Origin: Aliivibrio fischeri ES114
Lineage (GTDB): Bacteria; Pseudomonadota; Gammaproteobacteria; Enterobacterales; Vibrionaceae
Assembly (NCBI RefSeq): GCF_000011805.1
Contig: NC_006840.2
Length of the DNA: 32,000 nucleotides
Reading direction: 5' to 3' (one strand)
Below are positions 29,672 through 32,000 of this stretch, in pieces. The notes beneath the pieces were generated by a model. It was not told the origin of the DNA, did no database searches, and was given only the letters and a program-made list of their open reading frames with translations. The position numbers were made by a program, and so were the translations under genes. Numbering within the stretch: position 1 is the first letter of the stretch; each line of letters opens with the position of its first letter.

Positions 29672-30262
29672 ATGAAGAAAAGTGTTATTGCATTATTAAG
29701 CTTGGCTGTATTACTTGGCGGTTGTTCAAACAAGGTAAGCTATGGCGATGCTCAAGCTGTTGAAACAACAACTGTAGATTTCGGTTCAACTGATTTACAA
29801 AAAATCGCAGGTGAGATGACTGAGAGCATGCTTTCTTCTGGTGCTGTTGCTCAAATTACTCAAGGTAATCGTCCAATTGTTTTTGTTGAAAGCATTAAAA
29901 ACAAAACAAGTGAACACATTGATACTGAATCTGTAACAGATTCAATCAGCACTAAACTACTTAACTCTGGTAAGTTCCGTTTTGTAGATATGGATCGAGT
30001 TGAAGCAGTTCGTTCACAACTTAACTTCCAAAACAATGATGAGCTAGTAAACCAAAACACAGCAATTCAGTTTGGTAAAATGGTTGGTGCTCAATACATG
30101 CTTTACGGCAACCTTTCTAGCATCGTGAAAAATGCAGGCAGCGACAAAGACGTATACTACAAAATGACAATGCGTTTAATGGATTTAGAAACAGGTCTAA
30201 TCGAGTGGGCTGATGAAACTGAAATCCGTAAGCAACAAGAGAAAAGCCTACTAGGTTGGTAA
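29672..30262 (+). CDS. lpoB: Penicillin-binding protein activator LpoB
   Basis: 'LLGGCSNKVSYGDAQ...VDFGSTDLQKIAGEMTESML...RPIVFVESIKNKTSEHIDTESVTDSISTKLLNSGKFRFVD...VGAQYMLYGNLSSIVK' typical LpoB. Confidence 0.93.
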   Translation: MKKSVIALLSLAVLLGGCSNKVSYGDAQAVETTTVDFGSTDLQKIAGEMTESMLSSGAVAQITQGNRPIVFVESIKNKTSEHIDTESVTDSISTKLLNSGKFRFVDMDRVEAVRSQLNFQNNDELVNQNTAIQFGKMVGAQYMLYGNLSSIVKNAGSDKDVYYKMTMRLMDLETGLIEWADETEIRKQQEKSLLGW

Positions 30263-30286
30263 TCTCTTAATTACTTAGAATCATAA

Positions 30287-30320
30287 AAAAGCCCTTCATC
30301 TCGTTGAGTGAAGGGCTTTT
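30287..30320. terminator. Bidirectional terminator between lpoB and convergent MCP
   Basis: aaaagcccttca-ctcgttgag-like loop-tgaagggctttt. Confidence 0.88.
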
Positions 30321-30341
30321 ATTTTGTGTTGAATATATTAA

Positions 30342-32000
30342 TTAAGACACTTTGAAGAAGCTGACTTCTGCTTTTAATTCTTCAACTAAGGCAACCATTT
30401 CTGTATTTGAGTCAATCGCTTGAGTCACGCCTGATAAGTTGTCGACAACCATGTTTTTAATGTCTTCCACATTATGTGCGATGTTTTGGTTTACGATTGA
30501 TTGCTCTTCAGAAGCGGTCGCAACTGATGAGTTAATATCAACAAGCAGAGTTACTTTCTCTGAAATATTGTTGAATGCGTCTTCAATTTTATCCGATATT
30601 TTCGCTAAATCGTTGGTTAACTGTAAGTTGTTTTCCATCGCATCAACGGCTCTTGTCGCTTCTGTTTGTAGAGTCGCAATGATCGTTTGAATATTGGCTG
30701 TTGAATCTTGTGTTTTAACCGCCAAAGCTCTCACTTCATCTGCAACTACCGCAAAGCCACGTCCTTGCTCACCAGCTCGTGCCGCTTCAATTGCAGCGTT
30801 TAGAGCGAGTAGGTTTGTTTGGTCTGAGATATTACCAATAACGTCAACCACTGAGCTGATGTTGTCTGATAGGATTTTTAACTCTTCAATAATGCAAGAT
30901 GACTCTTTAACCGATGATGAAACGCGGTCAACGATAGAAGAGGACTCTTGTAACGTTTTTAAGCTATCAGAGGAAAGAACTAATGTTGTGCTCGTCTCTC
31001 CTTCAGCAGATAGTGCATTCGCGGCAATATCGTTTGCTGTGGTAGCCATTTCAGTAATAGCTGCAGCGACTTGATCAATGTGTTGTAGCTCAGATTCAGA
31101 TCGCGTAACGTTATTGTTAGTCACCTCAGAGATTTGTTCTTGATGTTCAGATAGCTTATACATAATGGTGTTTGTTGTTGTCATTACACCAGAAATGCGT
31201 GATTGTAAGCTCTCTAATGATTCTGTGATTAAATCAATTTCGTTTCCTGTTTTAGGAATGGATAGATTAGTAAAATCACCACTCGCCATTAGTTGAATAT
31301 TGCTCACTACATTTGGGATCTGTGAAAGCTCTTTACGAACCACAATAAATTGAGCAAGAGTCAAAACCAAACCAAGAATAACTAAAACACTGATTAACGC
31401 TGTTCGGATATTTTGAGCATTTTCAAAGGTGGTGGTTTGGTTTGTAAATACGTAACCAACAAGTCCATGCGAAAGTGGCAACTTTGTTAAGCTAAAAAAC
31501 TCGTTATCCCCAGCATCAATAAACATTGGTTTGTCTGTCACCCCTTTATATTCTGGTCTAATTTCGAATAAATTCTTATTTAGCCAATCAGGTGAATTAC
31601 TATCAATAGCAACAATATGACCACTCTGAGTTGTTAAAGCGAATTCAATACCACTATCTGGTATTAATACATTCAAGTTAACCCCAACAGCAATAACACC
31701 AACAATTTCATTATTGAATAAAAGCGGAGCACTCGCTGTTATTTCATATATTCCACTGTTAGAAAGGTAAGGTGTTGATATATTAGCTTCTTTTTTATCT
31801 TGCATAATAGAGTTAAACCACTCTCTATTACCTTTGATAGCGTTAAATGTTGGATGCCAACCATTAGCAGCAACAGAGAAAACATCACCATTTAAATTGG
31901 ATAAGATAACATTAGTGTATGTTTTATTTGATTTAACAATATCTTGAATGTTGCCTAAGATAAGCTTTTCGTCAAATGGTTGGTTTGGGTCTAATTCAAT
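30342..32000 (-). CDS. Methyl-accepting chemotaxis protein with cache-type sensor, 5' end beyond right window edge
   Basis: ORF track ends at Met 31805, but the same frame stays open to 32000 and encodes '[63 protein letters not shown]' typical of a dCache N-terminus; C-terminus has the MCP hairpin tip. Confidence 0.93.
   Translation of the reverse strand: MELDPNQPFDEKLILGNIQDIVKSNKTYTNVILSNLNGDVFSVAANGWHPTFNAIKGNREWFNSIMQDKKEANISTPYLSNSGIYEITASAPLLFNNEIVGVIAVGVNLNVLIPDSGIEFALTTQSGHIVAIDSNSPDWLNKNLFEIRPEYKGVTDKPMFIDAGDNEFFSLTKLPLSHGLVGYVFTNQTTTFENAQNIRTALISVLVILGLVLTLAQFIVVRKELSQIPNVVSNIQLMASGDFTNLSIPKTGNEIDLITESLESLQSRISGVMTTTNTIMYKLSEHQEQISEVTNNNVTRSESELQHIDQVAAAITEMATTANDIAANALSAEGETSTTLVLSSDSLKTLQESSSIVDRVSSSVKESSCIIEELKILSDNISSVVDVIGNISDQTNLLALNAAIEAARAGEQGRGFAVVADEVRALAVKTQDSTANIQTIIATLQTEATRAVDAMENNLQLTNDLAKISDKIEDAFNNISEKVTLLVDINSSVATASEEQSIVNQNIAHNVEDIKNMVVDNLSGVTQAIDSNTEMVALVEELKAEVSFFKVS

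Noticed and set aside
31805-31805. Met 31805 as start of the last chemoreceptor
   Set aside because: The same frame is open to the window edge and encodes sensor-domain sequence, so the real start lies outside the window.
1-32000. CRISPR array, tRNA/rRNA genes or an intact transposase/integrase
   Set aside because: No regularly spaced repeats, cloverleaf or rRNA sequence was seen by eye, and no translated ORF carries integrase or transposase motifs.

Overview
Mostly ordinary low-GC gamma-proteobacterial sequence, probably Vibrionaceae (Aliivibrio-like; inferred from gene content and composition). Recognisable genes: ToxR/CadC-like membrane regulator, three methyl-accepting chemotaxis proteins (one runs off the right edge), yaeQ, TauE/SafE permease, GNAT acetyltransferase, BCCT transporter, prolyl-oligopeptidase-family peptidase, large lipoprotein, POT peptide transporter, APH-like kinase, TrmH-like methyltransferase, NYN-domain protein, alpha-amylase-family hydrolase, and a hinT / TPR lipoprotein / ycfL / lpoB block. 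The accessory part is ~14.5-21.3 kb. It holds (i) a higA-type antitoxin pseudogene broken by several frameshifts, (ii) degraded non-coding DNA with a weak attC-like hairpin, and (iii) a tightly coupled three-gene operon (15777-21153). The operon encodes a 578-aa alpha-helical protein of unknown function, a 584-aa protein with a divergent Mrr/PD-(D/E)XK-like N-terminus, and a 629-aa OLD-like ATPase-TOPRIM protein. It is the best candidate for an uncharacterised anti-phage or DNA-processing system. An imperfect 18-bp direct repeat (16/18) flanks the whole accessory segment. No CRISPR array, rRNA or tRNA was recognised by eye.
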